Of a stretch of DNA of 64,000 bases, positions 18,756 through 28,300 are shown one piece after another. Made by a program: the position numbers and the translations under genes. Position 1 is the stretch's first letter. Each line of letters begins with the position of its first letter. The notes under the pieces are model-generated. The model was not told the DNA's origin, did not search any database, and saw nothing but the letters and a program-made list of their open reading frames with translations. The DNA comes from Candidatus Zambryskiibacteriota bacterium. GTDB taxonomy: Bacteria; Patescibacteriota; Minisyncoccia; Phycocordibacterales; WO2-35-19. The stretch lies in NCBI GenBank assembly GCA_963840745.1, contig CAWJAC010000006.1, forward strand, positions 97,947 through 161,946, given 5' to 3'.

Positions 18756-19295
18756 ATGAAAACCGCTTCTAAAATTTTGGAAAAAGTAATTTATACCATA
18801 ATAATTTTGGTTGCGGTGTTGCTCGTCTGGTCTATTTTGCCAGTCAAAAATGGCCCCAAAATTTTAACGGTACTTTCTGGTTCAATGGAACCGGCGATTC
18901 ATACAGGCTCCGTGGTGGTTATAAAACCAGAAAGCATATACAAAGATGGCGACGTAGTTACATTTGGTCCGGATACAAAAACTCAAATACCAACCACTCA
19001 CCGCATTGTTTCCAGTCGAGTACAAGATGGGGTGATGATATTTAAAACTCAAGGCGATGCCAATAATGCTCCAGATAGTACAGAAATACGCCAAAGCGAT
19101 ATTCACGGCAAAGTTTTGTTTGATATTCCTCTGGCAGGTTATATAATTGATTTTGTCAGAAAGCCATTGGGTTTGGTTTTGGTCATTGTCTTGCCGGCCA
19201 TTTTTATTGTTTGTGATGAAGTCAGGAAAATAATGGGAGAAGTGAAAACCCTTCGACAAGCTCAGGGTAAAAAAACAAATGAAGAAAATAAATAA
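18756..19295 (+). CDS. Signal peptidase I, SipW/archaeal (S26B) type
   Basis: SGSMEPAIHTGSVVVIKP (catalytic Ser), THRIV (His) and a C-terminal TM helix. AAGGA RBS sits before the ATG at 18756. Confidence 0.85.
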   Translation: MKTASKILEKVIYTIIILVAVLLVWSILPVKNGPKILTVLSGSMEPAIHTGSVVVIKPESIYKDGDVVTFGPDTKTQIPTTHRIVSSRVQDGVMIFKTQGDANNAPDSTEIRQSDIHGKVLFDIPLAGYIIDFVRKPLGLVLVIVLPAIFIVCDEVRKIMGEVKTLRQAQGKKTNEENK

Positions 19296-20670
19296 AATTT
19301 TAATCATAACAGTTTTATTTTTGGGTCTTGCATTTTTTGATATTCCAAAAACCTACGCTTTTTTTAATGCTACCGAAAGTTCAACCGGTAATACTTTTAC
19401 AGCTGGCGTTTTAGATATAGGTATTTCTGGTGTAAATGTTTCTGATATAGTACTTCCGGAAAATTCTACCAGCACAATAATTACGATATCAAAAACAAAT
19501 CCGACAAATTTGGATTATCAATATTTTGCCAGTACGACGATTACCGACACCGACCAAACTGCTTGCGATTACATCACAATCTTGGCATCAAGCTCGCCTC
19601 AAATTATTTCCGTTCCTTTGAAAAATTTTATATCCGCCACAAGTTCTCCAACCGGTTTGGCACTTTGGGATTTTACATTTACAATTGCCAGCGTTGTTCC
19701 GACTAGCGATTTGGGCAAAATATGTCATTTCAAAATTTCTTACACCGCCTGGCAAACAAACCTACCAAACAATTCGCAGGGTTTCAGCGATGTCGCCGAA
19801 ATGACCGGTTCAATCCAAATCGGAACAGTGCCAAGTGTGCCAGATGTTGTATTAAATGAAATCTTACCAAATCCAGAGGGTACTGATAGTGATCCAATGC
19901 CAAACGGAGAATGGGTGGAATTATATAATAATACTAACTCACCGATTAATTTGAATGGATATTATTTGACTGATGCAGATAATCATAGGATTGATGTGGA
20001 GAGTTGTAGAATTATTGGCGGAAATACAACTATTTACGGCAAAGGATTTTTGGTAGTTTATAGAAAAGGTATTGGTACAGATTGCACATCTCATAATTTT
20101 GAACTTAATGACACAGGAGATACCGTGAATTTTTATAGTCCTACTGGGGCGTTGATTGATTTTTATACTTATGTCGGTAGTGCGACAGATGCTGATTCTA
20201 TTTCAGATAATACTCTGGGTTCCAGTAATAGTTTTACTGGCACAGAAAGTCCAGCACAGGAAGGTAAATCTTTTGCTCGCATTCCGGACGGCACTGGCAT
20301 CTGGGTGGACCCGATACCAACACCAGGTGAGCCGAATAAAATAGAAGAAAACATGCCTTTAACGGCTCAAATGGCAGGAAATGAGCCGTTGGTTGAAGAA
20401 ATAGCCACAACAACCCAGCCTTCGCTAGAAACTTCCGACGTCGCTGAAGCTATGCCTGACAAGACGGCGGACGAAGCAGAACCGGTTGCAACCACGACTG
20501 AAAATGTTATTTTGGATAATGCCACAAGTTCGCCAGAGATTATAACTGAACCTGAAGCATCGGAGGGATGTCAAAGTCGGACTTTGACACTTGACGAGCC
20601 ACAAGAAACATTGGCTCCTGAAATGGAGACAACAATAACAGAACCAGTCATAACTGAACAAACCATATGA
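19279..20670 (+). CDS. Secreted protein: TasA-type signal/N-domain + lamin-tail domain (LTD) + acidic Pro/Thr/Glu-rich tail
   Basis: AFFNATESSTGNTFTAGVLDIGISG. LTD signature VVLNEILPNPEGTDS...GEWVELYNNTNSPINLNGYYLTD. Overlaps the sipW stop. Confidence 0.7.
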   Translation: MKKINKILIITVLFLGLAFFDIPKTYAFFNATESSTGNTFTAGVLDIGISGVNVSDIVLPENSTSTIITISKTNPTNLDYQYFASTTITDTDQTACDYITILASSSPQIISVPLKNFISATSSPTGLALWDFTFTIASVVPTSDLGKICHFKISYTAWQTNLPNNSQGFSDVAEMTGSIQIGTVPSVPDVVLNEILPNPEGTDSDPMPNGEWVELYNNTNSPINLNGYYLTDADNHRIDVESCRIIGGNTTIYGKGFLVVYRKGIGTDCTSHNFELNDTGDTVNFYSPTGALIDFYTYVGSATDADSISDNTLGSSNSFTGTESPAQEGKSFARIPDGTGIWVDPIPTPGEPNKIEENMPLTAQMAGNEPLVEEIATTTQPSLETSDVAEAMPDKTADEAEPVATTTENVILDNATSSPEIITEPEASEGCQSRTLTLDEPQETLAPEMETTITEPVITEQTI

Positions 20671-21797
20671 AAAAACTTTTAATTCCAATTTTATTTTTCC
20701 TTCCTCTCTCGGCTTTTGCAGTTGCTGCTACACCTTTAATTGTTCATTTTCAGAATGAACCGCTTCCACTTTTCAACGAAGCTAATTTTGCGCCTGGAAA
20801 TGAAGTGACCCGCACCGTTGATGTTTCTAATAATTCTGGAACGCCGCAAGATATAATTGTTGAAGCCATCAATGCTACTAATGCCGGCGGTCTTGGAGAC
20901 AAATTAAATTTGATTATTAAAGAAGGGGACACCATACTATATAACAAAACACTGGGGGCATTTCTTAGCGCTGGCGAGGTTCCGCTTTCATCGCTTTCTA
21001 ATGATGCCAGCACCACTTACTCATTTAATATTATATTTGCAAGTGACGCCGACAATAATTTGCAAAATAAAACGCTCGGTTTTGATTTGTGTGTTGGCTT
21101 TAGCGGGGGAGACAGGCATTGTGGCGATACTGTGATAGGTGGTGAAGGCAATACCGACAGCGGGGGGACGAGCAGTACAGGAGAAACTATTTCTGGTACG
21201 GGAAGCAGTGGGGGAGGCGGAGGCGGTTCTTCCGGCGGTACTCATCAATTGATTATTTCCAATGAAAAAGCTACCGTTTCCGGCACGACAGTTATCATCA
21301 CTTGGGATACAAATTTGCTAGCGACCAGTCAAGTTATTTTTGGTCCTGTTTCTACCGGTCCATATAATTTAAATTTAACACTACCAGATATTGGTTTTGG
21401 CTATCGATTTTATACAGGAGAAAATTCAAATAAAGTTATAAATCATTCAATATCTTTGGTTGGTCTTGAACCGGGCGATTATGTTTATAGAGTGGTTTCT
21501 CGCGCTTCGCCTCCAACGGTAAGTTACGAACACGAGTTCACTATACCGATACCGGTTTTGGCTCAAAATGGTGGCGGAAATGGCCGAGCAATTGGTGAAA
21601 TACTTGGAGCAAGTTCTCAAAATAATTCCACTTCTACCGCTACGACAACCAGCACATCAACTTCTTCAGAAAATGTTTTAGGAAATAGTCTCGCCGCCGC
21701 TTTTTCTGCCGGCTGGTTTTCGTGGTGGTGGTTTTGGATTCTACTTATACTTTTGGCGATTTATCTTATATGGAAATTTGTTTTAAAAAATAAATAA
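20667..21797 (+). CDS. Cell-surface protein: TasA-like beta-sandwich N-domain, Gly/Ser linker, FN3-like domain, C-terminal Trp-rich TM anchor
   Basis: Signal peptide; FAPGNEVTRTVDVSNNSGTP; GSSGGGGGGSSGG linker; C-terminus WFSWWWFWILLILLAIYLIWKF. ATGA overlap with the upstream gene. Confidence 0.6.
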   Translation: MKKLLIPILFFLPLSAFAVAATPLIVHFQNEPLPLFNEANFAPGNEVTRTVDVSNNSGTPQDIIVEAINATNAGGLGDKLNLIIKEGDTILYNKTLGAFLSAGEVPLSSLSNDASTTYSFNIIFASDADNNLQNKTLGFDLCVGFSGGDRHCGDTVIGGEGNTDSGGTSSTGETISGTGSSGGGGGGSSGGTHQLIISNEKATVSGTTVIITWDTNLLATSQVIFGPVSTGPYNLNLTLPDIGFGYRFYTGENSNKVINHSISLVGLEPGDYVYRVVSRASPPTVSYEHEFTIPIPVLAQNGGGNGRAIGEILGASSQNNSTSTATTTSTSTSSENVLGNSLAAAFSAGWFSWWWFWILLILLAIYLIWKFVLKNK

Positions 21798-21833
21798 GGT
21801 TATAGTAAGAAAGTGAAAAAATCAAAAGAAATT

Positions 21834-22327
21834 ATGAAGCTTAAAATTGCTATTGCTTGTTTGGTAGTGTTGGTTGTTTTGGTGGGGACAGTGCCTTCTT
21901 TTAGGGCGCCGGTTCTTGATTCTCTCTCGGCTATTTATGCTTCAGTCTTGTGGGTCTGACAAATCAAAACAGGGCAGCGGCCAATGTCTCGCAGCTGACC
22001 GTCAGTCCGATTCTAGAAAAAGCCGCCCAAATGAAAGCTGATGATATGGCAGCCAAAGGTTACTTTGCTCACAATACCCCGGAGGGCAAAACCCCTTGGT
22101 ATTGGTTTGACCAAGCTGGTTATAAATACATTTATGCTGGAGAAAATTTAGCAGTTAATTTTGAAAACAGCGCTGATGTGGAAACCGCTTGGATGAATTC
22201 CCCCGGCCATTTCCTCAATATTATGAATCCCAAATTTACTGAAATAGGCATCGCCACATCAACTGGTATGTATAAAGGTAGGCAAGCGGTATTTGTCGTC
22301 CAGATGTTTGGCGCACCGAACAAATAA
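21834..22327 (+). CDS. CAP/SCP/PR-1 (YkwD-like) domain protein with an N-terminal TM helix (apparent frameshift near 21948-21953)
   Basis: LTNQNRAAANV...GHFLNIMNPKFTEIGIA is a CAP domain. The TM-encoding ATG at 21834 is in another frame. Confidence 0.7.
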
Positions 22328-22408
22328 GTAAAAACCAAAATAGCTACTGTTCCTGCGTTAGGTCATAAAGATAAGGCTCTTGGAACAGACTATTTTGGTT
22401 TTTACTTA
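22327..22408 (+). repeat. Conserved-loop hairpin, copy B (3' end of the CAP-domain gene)
   Basis: Arms aagtaaaaaccaaaatagctactgttcc / ggaacagactattttggtttttactt (about 25 bp with a 2-nt bulge). Loop tgcgttaggtcataaagataaggctctt. Confidence 0.85.
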
Positions 22409-22436
22409 AGTCTCTGCAATTCCAAATAAATATCTT

Positions 22437-23351
22437 CTAAAGCTTTACGGCGTCGCCTGCGGCTATATTATTTTGATGATAAAGACCATCAGTGCAATCG
22501 CCGGCTGCCCATATTCCATCCAAGCTTGTTCTCTGATTTTTGTGATCAATTTTTATGCGTTTGAATTCGTCCATTTCAACTAAGCCTTCAGCAAAATCGG
22601 TTGAGGGATTGTGGCCGATTTCTACAAATATGCCGTCTGTTTCAATTTCAACATTGTCTACAAAAGGCGCAGTTCTCTGATAAACTAGAGATTTTACAAA
22701 GTTACCTGCCCTGAGCTTGTCGAATGGGTCGCCTTTTATTTCAACTGGTGTGGCATTTGTCACAGCTTTCATTTTTGGATTGGCTAGCACTTTTTCAACC
22801 GTCACAGGATCGGCGCGGAATTCGCCTCGGTTTATCAAGGTTACGCTTTTACAATAGGCGAGAAGTTGGGCCGCCGATTCAAAACCGGCATTACCGCCTC
22901 CTATAACAACTACATTTTTGTCTGCAAAAAACGGTCCGTCGCAGGAAGCACAGTAAGTAATGCCTTTGCCTTCAAATTCTTTGGCCCCCGGGTATTTCCA
23001 ATTTTTTCCTGGAACTCCAGTGGCCATTAATACTGTTTTGGTTTTATAGTATCTTTATTTGTAGTGACAACAAATCCATTATCTATCTTTTGCTACTTTT
23101 TTCACTTTTTCGCCCTCTTTTATATCAACAAAACTATCGGCATATTTTTTAACATGTTCTTTAAATTTTTTAGCGAGATCGACACCTGAAATAGCTGGCG
23201 TGCCTATCCAGTTTTGAATTTCGTTTGATTCAACCGACTGACCGCCAAAACTTCCGGCAATAAGAAGTGTCTTTATTTGCTTTCTGGCCGCATAAACTCC
23301 TGCCGCCGCTCCCGCCGGCCCACCTCCTATAATAATTAAATCGTAGTTCAT
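22437..23351 (-). CDS. trxB: Thioredoxin-disulfide reductase (two apparent frameshifts, about 23034-23046 and 23076-23087)
   Basis: IIGGGPAGAAAG FAD motif, redox CASC, GGGNAGFE NADPH motif. The missing segment DNGFVVTTNKDTIK / TKTVLMATG is readable in the other frames. Confidence 0.85.
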
Positions 23352-23365
23352 AAAATTATTGTATC

Positions 23366-23440
23366 AAAAAAACAAATAATATCATTTCAAGAGCCTTATC
23401 CTTATGACCTAACGCAGAAATGATATTATTTGTTTTTTTT
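23366..23440 (-). repeat. Conserved-loop hairpin, copy C (3' end of ftsZ, minus strand)
   Basis: The minus strand reads aaaaaaaacaaataatatcatttc-tgcgttaggtcataaggataaggctctt-gaaatgatattatttgttttttt. The stem is about 23 bp and perfect. Confidence 0.85.
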
Positions 23441-23446
23441 GATAAG

Positions 23447-24603
23447 TTATTTAAGTTTTGATCTTCTCAAAAATGCAGGCACGGCGCCCCATTCATCATC
23501 GTCATCTATAATATTTTGTTTTTTCTCTTCCGGTTCTTCTTCTTTTTTATCTGATTTTTCATTTCTAAATACGGAATTAAATATTTTACCTTTGCCGTTT
23601 TCTGTCTCTCCTGCGCCTTTGTCTCCAAACAAATTGCTTTTCGTATAATTTTCTGGAAAACCGGAAGCGATAACGGTAATTTTTATCTCACCCTTTTTGA
23701 GTTTATCATCGCGGACGGTACCGAATATTATTTTAGCGTTTGGATCTACCGATTCGGTAATAAATTTGGCGGCATCGTGTATTTCAAACATTGTCAGATC
23801 ATCGCCTCCGGCAATTGAAAAGAGTACTCCTTTGGCGCCATTTATGGAAACTTCAAGAAGTGGGGAATTGATGGCCAATTTAGCCGCTTCCTCAGCTCGT
23901 TTCTCACCGCTAGCTCTGCCTATGCCCATCAAAGCTCCGCCGGCGCTTTCCATGATGGCCCGCACATCGGCAAAATCTATATTTATAATTCCGGGCATGG
24001 TGATGAGGTCGGAGATGCCTTCCACAGCTTGTTTCAATATGTCATCGCACATGGCAAAAGCGTTTTTGGCAGAGGTTTCTTTATCAATAGTAGCAAGCAG
24101 TCTATCATTTGGAATAACGATTAAAGCATCAACTGACTGCCGAAGCTCTTCAAGCCCGCTTCAGCCAGCCGCATTTTTTGCTGGCCTTCAAAAGAGAAAG
24201 GTTTAGTTACGACTCCAACTGTCAAAGCGCCTAATTCTTTAGCGGTACGAGCGATAACGGGACCGGCTCCGGTGCCGGTGCCTCCCCCGGATCCATAAGC
24301 AATGAAGACCATATCGGCTCCTTTGATAGCTTCCTGTATTTCTTCTTTGGTTTCTTCTACCGCTCGTTTACCAAGTTCCGGATTCATGCCGGTACCCAAA
24401 CCTTTAGTTAAATTTTTTCCTATGTGTATTTTCTTTTTGGCTTCTGAATGATGCAGGTCTTGAGCATCTGTGTTTACTGCAATAAATTCCACTCCTCTCA
24501 CTTTGGAGTTAATCATATGATTAACGGCATTTTTGCCGGAACCTCCGACGCCTATAACCTTTATTCTAGCAAAGACTTCTACTTCTGGTTTTATTTGAGG
24601 CAT
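23447..24603 (-). CDS. ftsZ: Cell division GTPase FtsZ (one apparent frameshift near 24146-24160)
   Basis: [11 protein letters not shown] and [11 protein letters not shown] tubulin signatures. A 1-nt shift restores ...[24 protein letters not shown]... Confidence 0.9.
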
Positions 24604-24671
24604 GGATATAGTTTACAAAAAGTGGCTAAAAAAGCAAATGTTGCATAAACATGATAATGTGTCATAAAAAA

Positions 24672-25883
24672 TCATGGCAGGAACTGTTTTATGGTTTGCA
24701 GCATTTTATTGAACACATTTTTACTTTGTTTTCTGAGGCCGAGTTTCTCTTCCTCATCTGGCAGGTTGCTTATAATGCAAAGTCCGTAAGCTACAGACCA
24801 GGAAGAATTTTTTATTTGGATTTTGCTTGCCTGTGCAGACGAGCCACTGCCTATATTTAAGGAAACGATGCGTGAAGGCAGACGTAAATAACTTCTGGCC
24901 AAATCCTCAATAGGGCCGACTGAAGATGACCCGCCGGTTATTATTATGCCGGCCGGCAAAATGCCGGACTTGCCTATTTTTTTGAGGTGAGCTTCCACAA
25001 GCTCAAAAATATCTCCAAGGCGAGCAGAAATAATATCTTCCAATTTTTTCTTTGAATAATTAGTGGCGGTAACTCCTCCCAGTTTTAGGACTTCCGCTTC
25101 TTCCAAGGATATTTTGAGGCCCAAAGCAATGTCATTGGTAATGTCTGAACCTCCGATGGGAAAAACTTCCAAAGATATCGGTATATTATTTTCAAACACC
25201 ACTATAGATACTGTCTCGGCGCCGATATTAGCCAGGACGCAGCCGGCAATCTTTTGGCTTTTTGTCAGGGTGACAAAGCTGGCAGCGATGGGAGAGGCAA
25301 CTACGTCTATCACTTCCACCCCGGTGGCTTCTACGGCTTCCACCAAATCATCTAAGTGCGATTCTATACAAGATACAAAGAGAGCTTTATTTTCAAGTTT
25401 TATTCCTTTTAATCCGACTACTCTGCCCAAGACTGGTTTGCCGTCTACTTTCCATAATGTTGGAATGGAATATATTATCTTCCGGTTTTGCATCAAAGTA
25501 CTCTGTATAGATTCCTCGGCTACTGAAATAGCTTGTTCCATATCATCCTCTGTGATTTCTTGGTCAGCTCTGGTCACAACAGTTGACCCTCCGGAATTAA
25601 TGCCGGAAAGGCCGACTCCTCCGATGGAAACAAAAACTTTTTTTATTTTAATGCCCGAAGATTTCTCGGCTTGTTTTAAGGCCAAATCTACACTTTTAGT
25701 GACATCGGCGGTATTTATTATGTATCCATGCCTTAAGCCTTTTGATTCAGCTCTGCCAGTGCCCAAAATAGTCGGCAAACTATTTTCCTCATTTCTTTCC
25801 GCAACGACTACTCGCACTTCATAAGTGCCTACGTCTATACCGGCTGTAATACGTGAGCTCATAAGCCTCCATTTTATCACCAT
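24672..25883 (-). CDS. ftsA: Cell division protein FtsA
   Basis: Actin-like ATPase lying upstream of ftsZ. GIDVGT phosphate-1 motif and ITGGSS. The likely start is the ATG at 25862. Confidence 0.85.
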   Translation of the reverse strand: MVIKWRLMSSRITAGIDVGTYEVRVVVAERNEENSLPTILGTGRAESKGLRHGYIINTADVTKSVDLALKQAEKSSGIKIKKVFVSIGGVGLSGINSGGSTVVTRADQEITEDDMEQAISVAEESIQSTLMQNRKIIYSIPTLWKVDGKPVLGRVVGLKGIKLENKALFVSCIESHLDDLVEAVEATGVEVIDVVASPIAASFVTLTKSQKIAGCVLANIGAETVSIVVFENNIPISLEVFPIGGSDITNDIALGLKISLEEAEVLKLGGVTATNYSKKKLEDIISARLGDIFELVEAHLKKIGKSGILPAGIIITGGSSSVGPIEDLARSYLRLPSRIVSLNIGSGSSAQASKIQIKNSSWSVAYGLCIISNLPDEEEKLGLRKQSKNVFNKMLQTIKQFLP

Positions 25884-25973
25884 GTGACAGCCCTTTCAAT
25901 CTTTTTGCTCCATTTACTGTGTATAAAGTCAATTAATTTGATTTAAATCATTTTTATGAGTTATAATAGCTAG

Positions 25974-27389
25974 ATGAATAGGGCTATATTACAAAAAGAA
26001 TACAATGTGGACGAGATTGATATTCTAAAAAATAATCCAAAAATTTTATCCTCTTTCTTTGAAACCAAAAATGATGGTTCTATCATTTATGTTCTAGAGA
26101 ATTTAGGCAGATTGGGGAACGAATATAGTAAAGAGCCTTTACTAAAATTGCTGGACAGTAAAAATGAAAATATAAGACTATTGGCAATTAAAAATCTTGC
26201 AAAAATGAGCGATACATCTATGCTCGAAGTTTTTCTTAAATTTGCACAAAAAGAAGAAAGCACGGAAGTGAGAAGAGAATCTGTCTCCGCAATTGGAAGG
26301 TTGAGAAATGAAAAAGTAATACCAGTTTTAATTGGACTATTATCAGATAAAGATCCCAAGGTTGTCATGCAAGCTATTAGGGGTCTACTTATTTTCTCAC
26401 AAAGTAGCATTGTAAAAGAGGAATTAAAGAAATTAATCAACCATCCTAACGAGTTAATAAAAGAGGTAATAGCTAAAGAAATCAATGGGATTAGTTATGT
26501 TTCCAACGACAAAGGTAAACATGATGAATTTCCTAAGTTTTTAAAAAACCTAGTAGTTCAGGGTGATGTAATAGAAACATTACCCCATGTGCCAAATGAG
26601 TCAGTTCATTTAACTTTTACTTCCCCGCCATATTACAATGCTAGAGATTATTCTATTTATCAAAGTTATGAAGAATATCTGCTTTTTTTGGAAGCGGTAT
26701 TTAAAGAAGTTTATAGAATTACCAAAGAAGGCAGGTTTTTTGTATTGAATACATCACCTATTATTATTCCAAGAATTAGCCGTGCCCACTCAAGTAAAAG
26801 ATATCCTATTCCTTATGATATTCATCCAATTTTAGTGAAAATGGGATGGGAATTTATTGATGATATAGTTTGGGTAAAACCAGAAGCAAGTGTGAAAAAT
26901 AGAAACGCGGGTTTTTTGCAACACAGAAAACCATTAGGGTATAAACCAAACGCTGTTTCAGAAATGGTGATGGTTTATAGAAAAAAAACAGATAAATTAA
27001 TTGATTGGAATATAAGTCAATATAATTGGGATAAAGTTAAAAAAAGTAAGGTTGCTGATAAATATGAGACAACAAATATTTGGCATATTGGTCCTACTTT
27101 TGATAAGGTTCATAGCGCAGTTTTCCCGATTGAATTATGTAATAGAGTAATCAAATATTATTCTTTTGTGGATGATTTAATTTTTGATCCATTTGCGGGA
27201 AGCGGAACATTGGGACTTGCTGCCGCCAATTTAAACAGGCATTTCTTTTTGACAGAAAAAGAGCCTAAATATGTTGATAGAATGAAAGAATATTTAATTA
27301 GAAATGGTAGTCTGTTTAATTCAAAAAATAATCAACCTAATTTTGTAGATATTAAAAATTTTATTTCTTTAATTAAAGAAAAAACATGA
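25974..27389 (+). CDS. DNA methyltransferase (N6-adenine or N4-cytosine, beta-class) fused to N-terminal HEAT/PBS-lyase-like repeats
   Basis: SPPY motif IV (TFTSPPYYNARDY) precedes motif I (DPFAGSGT). Residues about 40-170 are repeated LLxD.d..VR..A..ALg-type HEAT units. Confidence 0.8.
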   Translation: MNRAILQKEYNVDEIDILKNNPKILSSFFETKNDGSIIYVLENLGRLGNEYSKEPLLKLLDSKNENIRLLAIKNLAKMSDTSMLEVFLKFAQKEESTEVRRESVSAIGRLRNEKVIPVLIGLLSDKDPKVVMQAIRGLLIFSQSSIVKEELKKLINHPNELIKEVIAKEINGISYVSNDKGKHDEFPKFLKNLVVQGDVIETLPHVPNESVHLTFTSPPYYNARDYSIYQSYEEYLLFLEAVFKEVYRITKEGRFFVLNTSPIIIPRISRAHSSKRYPIPYDIHPILVKMGWEFIDDIVWVKPEASVKNRNAGFLQHRKPLGYKPNAVSEMVMVYRKKTDKLIDWNISQYNWDKVKKSKVADKYETTNIWHIGPTFDKVHSAVFPIELCNRVIKYYSFVDDLIFDPFAGSGTLGLAAANLNRHFFLTEKEPKYVDRMKEYLIRNGSLFNSKNNQPNFVDIKNFISLIKEKT

Positions 27390-28300
27390 CAATAACAGAA
27401 CAAGTTGCAAAGGATATCATTAAAAAATTACTCAAAGGAGAAGACTATAGAATCGAAATAGTAACTTTAATTGATACAGAATTTTTACAATTTGTGGTAG
27501 ATTTTTTTAAAAAAGTTGTTGATGCAAAATTTAAAAATCAGGATATCAATATAGATTGGTATAAAAAAGAGTTTCTTAACTCTAAATTACCAATAAATGA
27601 TATCGCTATTAACTCCGGATTAAACAAAAAGACCATACATAATATGTTTAATTCTTCAACAAAAGAAATAGTTATTGATGCTTCTGACGAACACTATGAT
27701 CTTTTGTATGAATCAATAAAAAATCTTGTGGATACAGAACATGATTTAGAGCTGACTCTGACAATTAAATTTAAAGGTGTTAGTGTCGATTTAAACGTTA
27801 GTGAGAGTTTAATAGTAATAAATACTCTTGCAGTAAAAAGAGCTGCAATAAGAGGTGGGTCTTGGAGTACCGCTGGTAAACGGGTAGAAAAGCCTTTAAT
27901 GCAGACTCTGTGTAGATTATACGGAGTTTCTAAAAAGAATTATGCTTTAAAAATAAAGGGTAAAGAACTTGAAGATGATGAGTTTGAAAGAGAAATTGAT
28001 TTTTATTTAATCGAAGGGAAAAATCAACATAAATGTGAGGTTAAATTAATGGGTATAGGAAATCCTGAAAGTGCTGATGCGGTTATAGCGAGAGATAGTA
28101 AGGTTTTTGTTGCAGATAAACTTTCAGATACCAATAAAAAACAACTGAGCAGTTTAAATATGGAATGGGTAGAGCTCAGAAGTAATGGTGGTTTTAAGAG
28201 ATTTGATACTGTTTTGAAAAATTTAAAAATTCCACACACAAAATTATCCGATAATTTTGAAAAAGAACTAGACATTGCTTTTAAGGAAATTTTCCAGTAA
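27386..28300 (+). CDS. Putative type II restriction endonuclease (cognate of the upstream methyltransferase)
   Basis: ATGA overlap with the MTase. A candidate PD-(D/E)XK core (IDFYL...CEVKLMG). Very AT-rich. No other recognisable family. Confidence 0.5.
   Translation: MTITEQVAKDIIKKLLKGEDYRIEIVTLIDTEFLQFVVDFFKKVVDAKFKNQDINIDWYKKEFLNSKLPINDIAINSGLNKKTIHNMFNSSTKEIVIDASDEHYDLLYESIKNLVDTEHDLELTLTIKFKGVSVDLNVSESLIVINTLAVKRAAIRGGSWSTAGKRVEKPLMQTLCRLYGVSKKNYALKIKGKELEDDEFEREIDFYLIEGKNQHKCEVKLMGIGNPESADAVIARDSKVFVADKLSDTNKKQLSSLNMEWVELRSNGGFKRFDTVLKNLKIPHTKLSDNFEKELDIAFKEIFQ

Noticed and set aside
19250-19272. GC-rich string cttcgacaagctcagggtaaa (peptide RQAQGK) at the 3' end of sipW, which resembles the GC-rich insert at 17436-17465.
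   Set aside because: There is only a loose resemblance and no complementary partner nearby, so I cannot support it as a repeat copy from this window alone.
25063-25824. Long antisense ORFs in the track. Examples: 25063-25824 opposite ftsA, 23697-24206 opposite ftsZ, 3545-4271 opposite the ATPase gene, 31272-32339 opposite rpsA, 61638-62114 opposite nusB, 9905-10450 opposite rmuC.
   Set aside because: These are shadow ORFs on the opposite strand of well-supported genes. Their sequences are low-complexity or hydrophobic junk with no motifs or RBS.
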